DNA from: Planctomycetota bacterium
GTDB taxonomy: Bacteria; Planctomycetota; JAJSAM01; JAJVHW01
DNA length: 64,000 nucleotides
Assembly (NCBI GenBank): GCA_965248445.1
Contig: CBDFJG010000003.1
Coordinates: 1 to 64,000, forward strand
Direction: 5' to 3'
Part shown: positions 49,625 through 60,400 of the stretch, one piece after another
Numbering within the stretch: the first letter of the stretch is position 1
Layout of the letters: the number at the start of each line of letters is the position of its first letter
The notes under the pieces: generated by a model
The model's input: the letters and a program-made list of their open reading frames with translations, nothing else
Database searches by the model: none
What the model was told of the DNA's origin: nothing
Made by a program: the position numbers and the translations under genes

Positions 49625-51246
49625 TCGCGTTCGGCGCGGCGGCGGTCGCGGCGTACTTCGTCACACCTGCCGTCACGTCGCTCAGCATGCGGTTCCGCCG
49701 CATGCGTCGGGGTTCTGTCCGTTCGCAGTCGGCTCACGGCGTCCCACGACTGGGCGGCGTCGCCCTCGCGGTGGGGCTCCTCGTCGGTGCGCTCGCGTAC
49801 AGCCTCGCTTTCGGCTGGGACGAGCTGCAGAGCATCGGGCGAAAGACCGAATTCCTGCTGTTGCTGGGACCCGCCGGCCTCGTGTTCCTGATCGGCGTCG
49901 TGGACGACGTGCGGGGTCTCGGCGCCGTGCCCCGGATCCTGGGCGAGATCGTGGCCGCGAGTTTCCTGATCCACGCGAACTACACGATCGACTCCATCAC
50001 GCTCCTGGGAAGCGATCCCATCGCGCTGGGACCGTTTGCGATCCCCTTGACGCTGCTCTGGTTCGTGGGGATCACGAACGCGTTCAACCTGGTCGATGGG
50101 CTCGACGGACTCATGTCCACGCTCGGCATCGTCGCCCTCGCGACCTGTGCCGCGCTGGCCTTCGTCGGTGGCGCGATGGGCACCGGGATCTTCGCTCTCG
50201 CGCTCGCGGGCTCCCTCGCGGGCTTCCTGCCGTGGAACTGGCCGCGGCCGCGGATCTTCCCGGGTGACTCCGGCAGCCTCCTCGTCGGTTTCGTCGTGGC
50301 TGCGCTCGCCGTCAAGGTGTCACGCGATCCCGCGGGCGCGACGAATCCGCACATCCTGCTGGCGCCGTGCGCGATCCCCGTCGCCGAGACGTTTCTCACG
50401 ATCGCGCGGCGCTACGTCAACCGGCGGCCGCTGTTCTCTGGCGACACGCATCACATGCACCACCTGCTGGTGAAGTCGGGCCTCACGTCAGGTCAGACGC
50501 TCGCCCTCCTGGGTGGAGCGGCCGTGATCTTCGCCGGAACGGGTGTGCTCGCGCTCTTCCCGGAAGACGTCTGGGTGCGCGTTCTGATCCCTGTGCTTCT
50601 CATCTTCTCGGTGCTCGGACTGCGCAGGCTTCACTACGTGGAGATCCGCGTGCTCCTCGATCGCATCCCGCAGATCCTCGTCCGGCGGCCGGGCAGCGGG
50701 CTCACGTCGCGCGTGCGCGCGGCGCGCGCCGGCGATTGTCTGCAGGGTGCGAAGACCGTCGCGGAACTCCGCGACAACCTGCGCTCCGCGGTGGTCGAGG
50801 GACGCTACTCGTTCCTCGCCCTCGAGTTCAGCGAGACGACCGCCCGTCGCCTCGGCGTACAGGAGTCGGTCGAGGAGTGTCGCAACGCAGCGGCGTGGGA
50901 GTACGTCGCGACACTGCGACGACAGCCGCGCTGGGTGTTCTCCACCGAAGCCGCCGAGCCGACGGGCGAGCCGCCGGATCGAGGCGGAACGACGATCACG
51001 ATCCTGCTACCGCTCCCGCCGTCGAACGTGGGCTACGGGCGCCTCGTCTGCCACGTGATATGCTCCGCCAACTCACCCGTTCCGCAGTTTCACGTGTTGA
51101 CGGAGTACCTGGCCCACCCTCTGGCGCAGACTCTTGAGGAGTTGATGTCGAGCTCCGCGTCGGGCGACACCGCTCGCACGGCCGCGGCGGCGGACGTTGG
51201 CGCCGACCTGCTCGGAACGGCCTCTCGGCTCGAAGGAGTTCCCTGA
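49621..51246 (+). CDS. MraY/WecA-family undecaprenyl-phosphate GlcNAc-1-P transferase with C-terminal extension
   Basis: VPRLGG, GVVDD, NAFNLVDGLDGL, F.GDSGS and D.HHMHH motifs. Confidence 0.88.
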   Translation: MIAFGAAAVAAYFVTPAVTSLSMRFRRMRRGSVRSQSAHGVPRLGGVALAVGLLVGALAYSLAFGWDELQSIGRKTEFLLLLGPAGLVFLIGVVDDVRGLGAVPRILGEIVAASFLIHANYTIDSITLLGSDPIALGPFAIPLTLLWFVGITNAFNLVDGLDGLMSTLGIVALATCAALAFVGGAMGTGIFALALAGSLAGFLPWNWPRPRIFPGDSGSLLVGFVVAALAVKVSRDPAGATNPHILLAPCAIPVAETFLTIARRYVNRRPLFSGDTHHMHHLLVKSGLTSGQTLALLGGAAVIFAGTGVLALFPEDVWVRVLIPVLLIFSVLGLRRLHYVEIRVLLDRIPQILVRRPGSGLTSRVRAARAGDCLQGAKTVAELRDNLRSAVVEGRYSFLALEFSETTARRLGVQESVEECRNAAAWEYVATLRRQPRWVFSTEAAEPTGEPPDRGGTTITILLPLPPSNVGYGRLVCHVICSANSPVPQFHVLTEYLAHPLAQTLEELMSSSASGDTARTAAAADVGADLLGTASRLEGVP

Positions 51247-52124
51247 TGCGTGGCATCTTGTCTCTGTGCGCGATGACGTTGCTCGTGGCGCTCTCCTTCG
51301 TCGCGACCGATCGGGGCAACGCGCAGGACAGGCAGCCCGCGGAATCCTCGTCGAGTCCCGCGGTGATCCAGGCGGGCGACCGGCTCGACGTTGCGGTCTT
51401 CGGGCACGCGGAGCTCTCCCGCAGCATCGACGTCCAGCCGGACGGCTCGATCTCGTATCCGTTCATCGGGCGGCTGGTGGTCACCGGCAAGACGGTCGAC
51501 AGCATCGCGCGCGCGATTGCCGGCGCCCTCGAGACGCAGTACAACGTGCGCGAGCCGAGGGTCTCGGTGGCGATCTCATCGTTCGGTGCCCGGACCGTCT
51601 TCATACTCGGCCGCGTGAGAAGCCCCGGGTCGCATCCGAGGCCTGTGTCGGGTTCGCTGCGGCTGCTGCAGCTGATCGCCCTTGCCGGTGGGCTCGCAGA
51701 AGGCGCCGATCCCAGCAACGTGACCGTGCGCAACTACCACGAGTCGATGCCGGTGGATCGCGTGCTCGACCTGTCGGAACTCGAACGGACCGGCTTCACG
51801 CAGAACGACGTGGTGCTCGAGGACGGGGACACCGTCTACGTGCAGACGCTTCCTCCGCCGGGGAGGATCTCCGTACTCGGTCAGGTCAACGCGCCCGGCA
51901 GCTACGAGCTGCCGCCTGACGTCCCGCCCTCTGTCGTGAACTCCATCGCACTGGCGCGCGGCTTCACGCGCCTGGCGGACCGTACCGAGGTGATCTGGAC
52001 TCGCGCAGCGCGGGGTGCGGAGGGCTCCGTCCAGCTGGACGTGGACGCGATCCTGAACGGCAAGGCGGAAGACCTGGTGGTCTCCCCGAACGACGTCCTC
52101 TACGTGACCGAGCGGACGTGGTGA
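51246..52124 (+). CDS. wza: Polysaccharide export protein (Wza/SLBB)
   Basis: GDRL.V.VF, VQPDGSISYPFIG, SLBB repeats. Confidence 0.9.
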   Translation: MRGILSLCAMTLLVALSFVATDRGNAQDRQPAESSSSPAVIQAGDRLDVAVFGHAELSRSIDVQPDGSISYPFIGRLVVTGKTVDSIARAIAGALETQYNVREPRVSVAISSFGARTVFILGRVRSPGSHPRPVSGSLRLLQLIALAGGLAEGADPSNVTVRNYHESMPVDRVLDLSELERTGFTQNDVVLEDGDTVYVQTLPPPGRISVLGQVNAPGSYELPPDVPPSVVNSIALARGFTRLADRTEVIWTRAARGAEGSVQLDVDAILNGKAEDLVVSPNDVLYVTERTW

Positions 52125-52131
52125 TCGCCCG

Positions 52132-54270
52132 ATGAACGAGACCGGCCACCCGCCTGCGGAGCAGCGCCCCAACGTGGCGTTGCCTGCAGAGATCGACGAC
52201 GTCTCCGAGACGTTGTATGGCCCGGAGCCGAGTTTGTTCCGGGGTGTCCTCGCCGTCGTCCTGCGTCACCGCTGGTCGTCGCTGTTCGTGCTCGTGCTCG
52301 TGGCCGCGCTGGGCACGCTCTACACATTGCGTGCGACGCCGACCTACACGTGTCACCCCGCGCTGCTGCAGGTGGTGTCCGACAGCTACGGGATCTCCAC
52401 GATCAGCGACGCGTTCGAGCGACGCACCGTGACTGCGGAGCACTTCGAGACGCTCATGCTCGTCGTGAAGTCGGAGGCGGTGCTGCGGGCCGCGTACGAC
52501 GACGCTGCGCCCGTGGCCACGAAGATCGCGTACGAGGACTTTGTCGATGCGGTGAAGCCCACGCGCGTCGACCAGGCGTTCCTCATCCGCATCGCGTTCG
52601 AGAGCCCGCACGTGGAGCTGAACCCGGTTGCCGCCAACGCCGTCGCGCGCGCATTCGAGGAGACGTTGCGCTCGCAGCGGGCCGAGCGGACCAGCACCGC
52701 AGCGACGGAGTTCGCCAGCCGCCGCGATAGCGTGCGCGACGCGCTGGCGAAGGCCGAGACGTCCCTCGCAGCGTTTCGCACGCGGGAACAGGTCTCCGAT
52801 GTGCGCGCGGAGAAGAAGAAAGTGGATCGGCTGCTCGAGGACGCGGAGGAGCGCTTCGACCAGCAGCAGGTCGACTTCATCAGCGTCGAGAACGAGTACG
52901 GCGAGCTGCGGGCAGCGCAGGAAGCCGGGACGGTTGCGCGGATCACGGGGATCCAGGACGACCCCGCGTTTCGCGAGGTCGAGCGCACCCTTCGCAAGGT
53001 CGAGGACGACCGCTTCCTGCTCCTGCGCGAGTGGACCGAGAACGACCCGAAGATCCAGCTGCTCGACATGCAGGCCGGTGTACTGCGCCAGCGGCGCGAC
53101 GACATCATCCAGATCGGCAGCGGGAAGGTCGAACGTCGGTACGAGAATGCCGAGCGCGCGCTCTCTCGCCTCACCGAGCTGCGCAACGCACGACACGATC
53201 AACAGCGCGAGCTGGCGGGTCTCCTGATCGAACTCACCAACCTGGAGCAGGAGCGGGACCGCCTCCGGCGTGACCTCGACGACCTCGTCGCGCAGTCGAG
53301 CGACGTGCAGGGTGCGGAGGTCCTGGAGATCGCGCCGTTGTTCGTCTGGGAACAGGCGCGCGAGCTCCACGTGCCGGTCAGTCCGCGGCCGGTGCGCGAT
53401 CTCACGGCCATCGGCCTCCTCGCGCTCGTGATGTCGATGGGGACGGCGTTCCTGTTCGACCAGTTCCACGACGCGATCCTCTCGGCGGAGCAGGTCATGC
53501 GCGTCACGCGGCTCCCGGTGCTCGGGATCTTGCCGCGCGCGTCGAGCGCTGACGGCGTGCCCGCCCTGGCGAGCCTCGACAAGCCCCGATCGGAAATGGC
53601 GGAGGCGGTGCGCATCATCCGCACGGGTCTCCTGTTCGCGGCGGACGGTCGGTCGCCGACGCGCATCCTCGTGACCAGCGCCGAAGGGGGCGAGGGGAAG
53701 ACCGTGCTGTCCGCGAACCTGGCGGGCGCCCTGGCACGCTCGGGCGACCGCACACTCCTGCTCGACTGCGATCTGCGCAACCCACGGCAGCACAAGGTGT
53801 TCTCGCTGACGAACGAGACGGGCCTGAGCGACCTCCTCATGAACGCGAATGGCAACGGCAGGGTAGCGGGCACGCGGCCGCGCGAATCCGTGGCCGGTCT
53901 CGAGGTGCTCACGAGCGGTTCGCCCCCGCCGCATCCTGCGGAGCTCCTCGCGAGCGAGCGGATGCACGCGTTGCTCGACGACAGCGCCGACACGTTCGAC
54001 CGTATCGTCCTCGACTCGCCACCCGCCGGTCCCGTCTCGGACCCAGCGGTCCTCTCGCGCCATGTCGACGCGGTCGTGCTCGTCGTGGAACTCGGCACGA
54101 CGTCGCTGCGGGCGCTGCGTCGCGCACACGATCACCTCCGCCAAGTCCGCGCCCCGCTCATCGGCGTCGTGCTGAACGGCGTGCGCGGCACGAGCGGCTA
54201 CTACAGCTACTACAGCTCGCATCGCTACGAGTACGCGGGCCGCGGCGGCCGCGGCAGCGCCTCCGCGTAG
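52132..54270 (+). CDS. wzc: Polysaccharide co-polymerase / tyrosine autokinase
   Basis: Two TM helices around a coiled coil; GEGKT, DCDLR, DSPP; C-terminal Tyr cluster GYYSYYSSHRYEY. Confidence 0.92.
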   Translation: MNETGHPPAEQRPNVALPAEIDDVSETLYGPEPSLFRGVLAVVLRHRWSSLFVLVLVAALGTLYTLRATPTYTCHPALLQVVSDSYGISTISDAFERRTVTAEHFETLMLVVKSEAVLRAAYDDAAPVATKIAYEDFVDAVKPTRVDQAFLIRIAFESPHVELNPVAANAVARAFEETLRSQRAERTSTAATEFASRRDSVRDALAKAETSLAAFRTREQVSDVRAEKKKVDRLLEDAEERFDQQQVDFISVENEYGELRAAQEAGTVARITGIQDDPAFREVERTLRKVEDDRFLLLREWTENDPKIQLLDMQAGVLRQRRDDIIQIGSGKVERRYENAERALSRLTELRNARHDQQRELAGLLIELTNLEQERDRLRRDLDDLVAQSSDVQGAEVLEIAPLFVWEQARELHVPVSPRPVRDLTAIGLLALVMSMGTAFLFDQFHDAILSAEQVMRVTRLPVLGILPRASSADGVPALASLDKPRSEMAEAVRIIRTGLLFAADGRSPTRILVTSAEGGEGKTVLSANLAGALARSGDRTLLLDCDLRNPRQHKVFSLTNETGLSDLLMNANGNGRVAGTRPRESVAGLEVLTSGSPPPHPAELLASERMHALLDDSADTFDRIVLDSPPAGPVSDPAVLSRHVDAVVLVVELGTTSLRALRRAHDHLRQVRAPLIGVVLNGVRGTSGYYSYYSSHRYEYAGRGGRGSASA

Positions 54271-54575
54271 TGGCGCGGCGCCCTCGGTCCTGCTCGGTGC
54301 CGTGGCCGCGTCGCGCATCCGGCACTCGCCGGGGTCGCGGCGGCGACGTCGCGACGTGCCAGCTCGAGGGTGGCGGAGCGAGGCCGCTCGCCTTCGAGCG
54401 ATCGACGACAGGGGCCGAGATCGCCGGTCTCGAGGTTCTCCGCCGGGTGGCCGAGGCCGCCGGCGCCGAACTTTCGGCGACGGCTCGTTCTGCGGGGCAG
54501 CCGCTCGATCCACCGGTAGTAGGATGTCCACGACGCGCGACTGCCGGGAGGTCGGCGGTGCAATGGGGGACTTGC

Positions 54576-56039
54576 ATGCACGATCGTGGACCGATCCGGC
54601 CGGCCTGTCGCCCCCGAGAGCGGCGGCGCAGCGCTGTCGTGAGCCTGGCCGTCGCGACCGCGCTCTGCGCCTGGGCGCCTCCTGCGTGGGCGAACAACGC
54701 CGACACGCGGCCGGAACCGATCGGCGGCGGACGCGTCTTCGGTTCCGGCGACGATCCTCGGGTTCGACCCAGCGGCGAAGCGCTCGGCGGCGGGCTCCCG
54801 ACGGATCTGGAGTCGGCGATCGACGTCGTGGCGGCGCCGCGGCCTTTCGGTGCGGTCGCGCCGGTCGGCGCCGTCCGTGTCTCCGGGATCTCCGACACGA
54901 TCGTGCTGCCGCTCCACACGCAGATCATCCCCATCCGCCATCCGGGTCACAAGCTGGGCGAGTGGACCCTCTGGGGCTTCGCGTCCGAGAAGGTGGTGCG
55001 CGACGACAACGTGTTCCTGGAGTCCCGCGACGAGGAGCGTGCGACGTTCTTCGACACGACACTGGGCGGTCGCATCGCGCGCGAGGGTGCCGAGTTTCAG
55101 GCCGATGTCGTGGCTGCCCTCACGGAGTCGTTCTCCGCGCGCGAGTCAGGCCTCGACCAGACGGCCTACTACGTCCGGGGCGGCGCGCGATGGGACGTCG
55201 GCGCAGCGACGCACGTACGGCTCACGCAGCTGGTGTCCCGACAGACGAGCGCACGCCAGCGATCGGCCGGTCGTGACGTCGACGAAGTGTTGATCGCGCA
55301 GCGGCGGGTGCGGCAGTTCGTCTCTGCCACCGGCCTCACACTCGGCCACGACTGGGAGAAGACCGGCGCCCAGCTGGAGTACCGGTTCCGCCTGGTCGAC
55401 CATTCTCGGAGGCTCGCCCAGCTGGACGGCCGCGAGCACCAGGTGACCGGAACCGTGCGCCACGAGCTATCCCCCAAGGTGACCGTGAACGCGCAGCTGC
55501 GGTATCGCGAAGACGAGTTCCGCCGCTCGATCAACAACGACTCGGACTCGCTCGGCGGATTCGCCGGTGGCGCGTGGGAGCCGACCCCGAAGCTGCGATT
55601 CAGCGGTCGCGTCGGCTACGTCTCCCAGCACATCAGCAGCACGGGGAGCGTCGCCGACCGTGACGAGTTCTCCGGGCCCGGCGGTCGGCTGACGGCCGCC
55701 TGGGAAGCGAGCAAGAAGACCACGTTCGATCTCGTCTTCGAGCGCGACTACTTTCCAGGGTCGCGTAGCAACTTCCAGGCGGTCACGCTGCTCGCCGGCG
55801 GCGTCAAGATCGCGATGTCCCCGCTCTGGACGGCGGGGGCCCGGCTCTCGCGGCAGACGAGCAACCCGTCGAATAGCGCACGGTTCGAGAGCACCTCGAT
55901 CGATCTCGTTCTGGCGTACGACGTCAACCCGACCACGCAGATCGAGCTCTCCTATCGCCACGACGACCGCGACACGGAAGGCGGCGGCAGGGACTTCGAC
56001 CAGAACCAATTCGCGCTCTCGCTCTCCTACCGTTTCTAG
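54576..56039 (+). CDS. Outer-membrane beta-barrel (EPS-associated)
   Basis: DDNVF motif, alternating beta strands, terminal LSYRF. Confidence 0.8.
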   Translation: MHDRGPIRPACRPRERRRSAVVSLAVATALCAWAPPAWANNADTRPEPIGGGRVFGSGDDPRVRPSGEALGGGLPTDLESAIDVVAAPRPFGAVAPVGAVRVSGISDTIVLPLHTQIIPIRHPGHKLGEWTLWGFASEKVVRDDNVFLESRDEERATFFDTTLGGRIAREGAEFQADVVAALTESFSARESGLDQTAYYVRGGARWDVGAATHVRLTQLVSRQTSARQRSAGRDVDEVLIAQRRVRQFVSATGLTLGHDWEKTGAQLEYRFRLVDHSRRLAQLDGREHQVTGTVRHELSPKVTVNAQLRYREDEFRRSINNDSDSLGGFAGGAWEPTPKLRFSGRVGYVSQHISSTGSVADRDEFSGPGGRLTAAWEASKKTTFDLVFERDYFPGSRSNFQAVTLLAGGVKIAMSPLWTAGARLSRQTSNPSNSARFESTSIDLVLAYDVNPTTQIELSYRHDDRDTEGGGRDFDQNQFALSLSYRF

Positions 56040-56060
56040 CGCGCGAGTGGAGACAGCGTG

Positions 56061-57053
56061 ATGGCGAACGATCTCATCCTCGTGACAGGCGCGGGCGGGT
56101 TCATCGGCGGGCATCTCGTCCGTGAGCTTCGCCGCCGCGGACAAACGCGCGTGCGGGGGGTCGACGTCAAGCCCCTTGACGAGTGGCACCTGGTCGACCC
56201 CGAGACCGAGAACCTGCGGCTCGACCTTCGTGAGATCGACGCGTGCCGCGCCGCGGCCGACGGCGCCGCCGAGGTCTACCAGCTCGCCGCGGACATGGGC
56301 GGCATGGGCTTCATCGAGAACCACAAGGCGCTCTGCATGCTGTCCGTGCTGATCAACACGCACATGCTGAGCGCGGCGCGGGATGCCGGGGCGACGCGCT
56401 ACTTCTACTCGTCGTCGGCGTGCGTCTACAACGCGGAGAAGCAGATGTCTCCGGACGTCGCGCCGCTCCGCGAGTGCGATGCCTACCCCGCGCTGCCGGA
56501 AGACGGCTACGGGTGGGAGAAACTGTTCTCCGAGCGCATGTGCCGCCACTTCATGGAGGACTTCGGGCTCGAGGTCCGCGTGGCGCGGTACCACAACGTC
56601 TACGGACCGGACGGCACCTGGGACGGCGGCCGCGAGAAGGCGCCTGCGGCGATCTGCCGGAAGGTCGCCATGGCGCGACGCAGCGGCCGCCACGAGATCG
56701 AGATCTGGGGCACCGGCGAGCAGACGCGGAGCTTCATGTACATCGACGACTGCCTCGAGGGGTCCATCCGACTGATGCGCTCCGACGTGCGCGAGCCGCT
56801 CAACGTCGGCTCCGCCGAGCTCGTGACGATCAACCAGCTCGTCTCGATCGTCGAGGAGATCGGGGGAGTCACGCTCGAGCGCAGCTACCTGCTCGACGCG
56901 CCGAAGGGCGTCAACGGCCGCTGCAGCGACAACACGCTCATCCAGGAGAGCCTGGGTTGGGAGCCGTCGATCCGGTTGCGCGACGGTCTCGCGAGGACGT
57001 TCGTCTGGATCGACGAGCAGATCGCGCGGCGCGCCAGCACGCTGTCGGGGTAA
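56061..57053 (+). CDS. NAD-dependent epimerase, GDP-mannose 3,5-epimerase-like
   Basis: GAGGFIG, AADMGGMGFI, SSACVY, YGWEK and GGREKAPAAICRK motifs. Confidence 0.88.
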   Translation: MANDLILVTGAGGFIGGHLVRELRRRGQTRVRGVDVKPLDEWHLVDPETENLRLDLREIDACRAAADGAAEVYQLAADMGGMGFIENHKALCMLSVLINTHMLSAARDAGATRYFYSSSACVYNAEKQMSPDVAPLRECDAYPALPEDGYGWEKLFSERMCRHFMEDFGLEVRVARYHNVYGPDGTWDGGREKAPAAICRKVAMARRSGRHEIEIWGTGEQTRSFMYIDDCLEGSIRLMRSDVREPLNVGSAELVTINQLVSIVEEIGGVTLERSYLLDAPKGVNGRCSDNTLIQESLGWEPSIRLRDGLARTFVWIDEQIARRASTLSG

Positions 57054-57272
57054 GTGTCCCGCTTGCTATCGTCGCGGCGGACGCCGGGAGGGCGGACGGG
57101 TCTCGCGAGGTGTCGCCAGCCTCGCGAGATCGGGGGATTCTCTCTCTCGGCCAAAGCGTTCGGCCTCTACTGGCACATCATCGGGACCATCATCGCCCCG
57201 GGGGCGCCGTTGCAGCCGGCCCTTGGCCTGCCGCTCGGAACGCCCTCACCGTCTGGGAGCGTGAGCTAGCGA

Positions 57273-59168
57273 ATGTGCGGGATCGCCGGATACTTCGACG
57301 GGCCCCGGGCTCGCGCGACTGCGCCGACCGCGCCGGGCGTCCTCGTCGCGATGACCAACACCATCGCGCATCGCGGGCCTGATGGCGAGGGGCACCTCGA
57401 GGAAGACGGGGTCGGCCTCGGCCACCGGCGCCTGAGCATCGTAGATCTCGCGGGCGGCGCCCAGCCGATGGGCAACGAAGACGGCGCGGTCCAGGTCGTC
57501 TTCAACGGCGAGATCTACAACCACGCCGATTTGCGGCCGCGACTCGAGGCGAAGGGGCATCGGTTCCGGACGAACTCGGACACCGAGGTCCTCGTGCACC
57601 TGTGGGAAGAGCACGGACCCGCGATGGTCGAGCAGCTCAACGGGATGTTTGCGTTCGCGATCTGGGACAGCCGGAGCCAGACGCTGTTCCTCGCCCGCGA
57701 CCGGCTCGGCATCAAACCGCTCTACTACGCGTGGATCGGTGGCCGCCTCGTGTTCGGGTCCGAACTGAAGGCGATCCTCGCGCACCCCGCAGTGCCGCGT
57801 GAGCTGGACCCGACGTCGCTGAGCGACTACCTGAGCTTCCTCTACGTCCCGGCGCCGCGCTCGATCTTCAAGAACGTCTTCAAGCTCCCGCCCGCACACA
57901 CGCTCGTGCTGCGCCGCGGGGATGCGCCGCAGGTCCGGCGCTACTGGCAGCCGGTGTTCGACCGTGATCTGCACACCAGCAATCCGGATGCAATGGCCGA
58001 GGAACTGCGTGCGCTGCTGACGACGTGCGTCAAGCGGCGCCTGATGTCCGACGTGCCCCTGGGGGCTTTTCTCTCCGGGGGCGTCGACTCCTCGATCGTC
58101 GTCGCACTGATGACCGAGTCCGGTGTGCGCAGTCCGAAGACCACGACCATCGGTTTCGAGGTCGAGGGCTTCGACGAGCGCGACCGCGCACGGATGATCG
58201 CGGAGCGTTTCGGCGCGGACCACACAGAGCGTGTGGTGACCCCGGACGCGCTGTCGATCGTCGACCGGCTGTCGTACTTCTTCGATGAGCCGTTTGCTGA
58301 TGCATCCGCGGTCCCGACGTACTACCTCAGCGAGGCGACCCGGGCGCGCGTGACCGTGGCCCTCTCCGGTGACGGCGGAGACGAGACCCACGCGGGCTAT
58401 CGCCGCTACTGGTTCGACGGGTTCGAGCATCGGATGCGCGGGTTCATGTTCGGCGGCGTCGGCCGCGGCCTGGCCCGAGGTCTGTCGGCGGTGTACCCGA
58501 AGGCCGACTGGCTCCCGCGGCCGCTGCGGGCGAAGACGCTGCTCGCGAACCTCGGCGACGTCCCGGCGGGGGCGTACTACCGGACCATGACGCACGTGTC
58601 CGAGCGCACGAAGCGCGCGCTGCTCTCACCCGACCTGGTCTCTGCCCTCGACGGGTATGACCCCCGCGCCCGGTTCCGGGAGATCTACGAGAGTGTCGAG
58701 GCGTCCGATCCGATCTCCCGCGCCCAGGCAACCGATCTCGTGACGTATCTGCCCGACGACATCCTCACGAAGGTCGACCGTGCCAGCATGGCGCACTCGC
58801 TCGAGGTGCGCGTGCCGATCCTCGATCACACGGCGGTCGAGTTCGCGGCACGGGTGCCGCGCAGCGTGCGGCTGGACGACCGCGAGCACAAGCACCTGCT
58901 GAAGCGTGCGGTGCGCGGGACGATCCCGGACCACATCCTCGATGGAAAGAAGTCGGGCTTCGAGGTGCCACTGAAGACGTGGTTCCGCAACGAGCTGGCG
59001 CCGCTCGCGGCGGGACTCAGCGAGCGCAGCGCCATCCGCGATCACTTCCAGGGCGACGTCGTCGACCAGCTGGTGCGCGACCACTCGCGCGGACTCGCCG
59101 ATCACAGCGTGGCGCTGTGGACGCTGTTGATGTTCGATCGGTGGGCGGATAGGTACCTCGCGACATGA
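57273..59168 (+). CDS. asnB: Asparagine synthase-like glutamine amidotransferase
   Basis: MCGIAG, HRGPD, FNGEIYN, LSGGVDSS and SGDGGDE motifs. Confidence 0.93.
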   Translation: MCGIAGYFDGPRARATAPTAPGVLVAMTNTIAHRGPDGEGHLEEDGVGLGHRRLSIVDLAGGAQPMGNEDGAVQVVFNGEIYNHADLRPRLEAKGHRFRTNSDTEVLVHLWEEHGPAMVEQLNGMFAFAIWDSRSQTLFLARDRLGIKPLYYAWIGGRLVFGSELKAILAHPAVPRELDPTSLSDYLSFLYVPAPRSIFKNVFKLPPAHTLVLRRGDAPQVRRYWQPVFDRDLHTSNPDAMAEELRALLTTCVKRRLMSDVPLGAFLSGGVDSSIVVALMTESGVRSPKTTTIGFEVEGFDERDRARMIAERFGADHTERVVTPDALSIVDRLSYFFDEPFADASAVPTYYLSEATRARVTVALSGDGGDETHAGYRRYWFDGFEHRMRGFMFGGVGRGLARGLSAVYPKADWLPRPLRAKTLLANLGDVPAGAYYRTMTHVSERTKRALLSPDLVSALDGYDPRARFREIYESVEASDPISRAQATDLVTYLPDDILTKVDRASMAHSLEVRVPILDHTAVEFAARVPRSVRLDDREHKHLLKRAVRGTIPDHILDGKKSGFEVPLKTWFRNELAPLAAGLSERSAIRDHFQGDVVDQLVRDHSRGLADHSVALWTLLMFDRWADRYLAT

Positions 59169-60400
59169 GGATCCTCCACGTCCTCGATCACTACCTGCCG
59201 TACCACAGCGGCTACACGTTCCGCTCCGGCAACATCCTGGCGCAGCAGCGCGCGATGGGGTGGGACCCCGTCGTCCTCACCTCGCCCAAGCAGGAGTACC
59301 CCGACGGCTCCGGCCCGGAGAAGCCGGACTGGCTCGAGGTGCACCGCGCGGAACTCGCGCGGGGAGCGGCCCGCGACATCATCAATCGCACGCCGTTCGT
59401 GGGGCAGACGGCGCTGATGGGCGACCTGCGCCGGGCGATCACGCGGACGCTCGGCGAGATCGGTGACGTGCACCTCGTGCACGCGCACAGCCCGGCGCTG
59501 AACGGAACGCCCTCGATCAAGGTGCGCGATGCCGGTGGCCCGCCTGTCGTGTACGAGGTCCGCGCGCTGTGGGAGGACGCTGCGGTCGACCTCGGCACGA
59601 CGACGCCGGGCTCGCTCCGCTATCGCGCGACGGCCGCGCTCGAGACGCGCCTGCTCCGCCGCGCGGATCAGGTCGTCGTCCTGTGTGAGTCGCTGCGCCG
59701 CGAGTTCATCGGCCGCGGCATCGAAGCGGACAAGATCACGGTGGTCGGCAACGGCGTCGATCCGGAGAAGTTCACTCCGATCGATCCCGACCCCGCGCTG
59801 CAGGAGCGGCTCGGGCTCGGTGCCGGTCCGGTGATCGGGTACGTCGGCTCGTTCTACGCGTACGAAGGCTTGCCGCTGCTCGTGGACGCGGTGGCGCCGA
59901 TCCTGAGTGATCGCCCTGACGTGCAACTGCTGCTCGTGGGCGGGGGACCGGACGAAGACGCCATTCGCGCGCGCGTCGAGGCGTCCGGGGTCGCCGACCA
60001 GATCGTCATGCCCGGCCGCGTTCCTCACGAGGCCGTGCCGGACCACTACGTGGTGACCGACCTACTCGTGTACCCGCGTTTGCGCAACCGCCTCACGGAG
60101 CTCACGACTCCGCTGAAACCGCTCGAGGCGATGGCGCTCGGACGCGCGGTTCTGGGGAGCGACGTCGGCGGGATCAAGGAACTGCTCGACCCGGCGGGCG
60201 ACGGTGCCGCGTCGTTCGTGGCCGGGGAGCGAGACGCGCTGACTCGAGCGATCCGCGAACTCGTGGACGCGCCGGAGCGGCGAGCCGAGATGGCCGCGCG
60301 CGGACGCGAGTACGTGCTTCGCGAGCGGTCCTGGGAAGTGCAGCTCGGCCGCTACCGCGACGTGTACGCGCGCGCTCTGGGGACCCACGTCGATGTATGA
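59165..60400 (+). CDS. GT4 glycosyltransferase (exosortase-A-associated type)
   Basis: MRILHVLDH..P.HSGYTFR, YEVRALWEDAAVD, TPLKPLEAMA. Confidence 0.9.
   Translation: MRILHVLDHYLPYHSGYTFRSGNILAQQRAMGWDPVVLTSPKQEYPDGSGPEKPDWLEVHRAELARGAARDIINRTPFVGQTALMGDLRRAITRTLGEIGDVHLVHAHSPALNGTPSIKVRDAGGPPVVYEVRALWEDAAVDLGTTTPGSLRYRATAALETRLLRRADQVVVLCESLRREFIGRGIEADKITVVGNGVDPEKFTPIDPDPALQERLGLGAGPVIGYVGSFYAYEGLPLLVDAVAPILSDRPDVQLLLVGGGPDEDAIRARVEASGVADQIVMPGRVPHEAVPDHYVVTDLLVYPRLRNRLTELTTPLKPLEAMALGRAVLGSDVGGIKELLDPAGDGAASFVAGERDALTRAIRELVDAPERRAEMAARGREYVLRERSWEVQLGRYRDVYARALGTHVDV

Noticed and set aside
48225..50267. 680-aa TPR ORF overlapping the wecA-like gene by ~650 bp
   Set aside because: The tail is out-of-frame read-through of the wecA-like gene, probably from an indel.
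51964..54531. Long antisense ORFs (this 855-aa one, 496-1833, 27822-29264 and others)
   Set aside because: Shadow ORFs of real genes, expected in very GC-rich DNA; no recognisable motifs.
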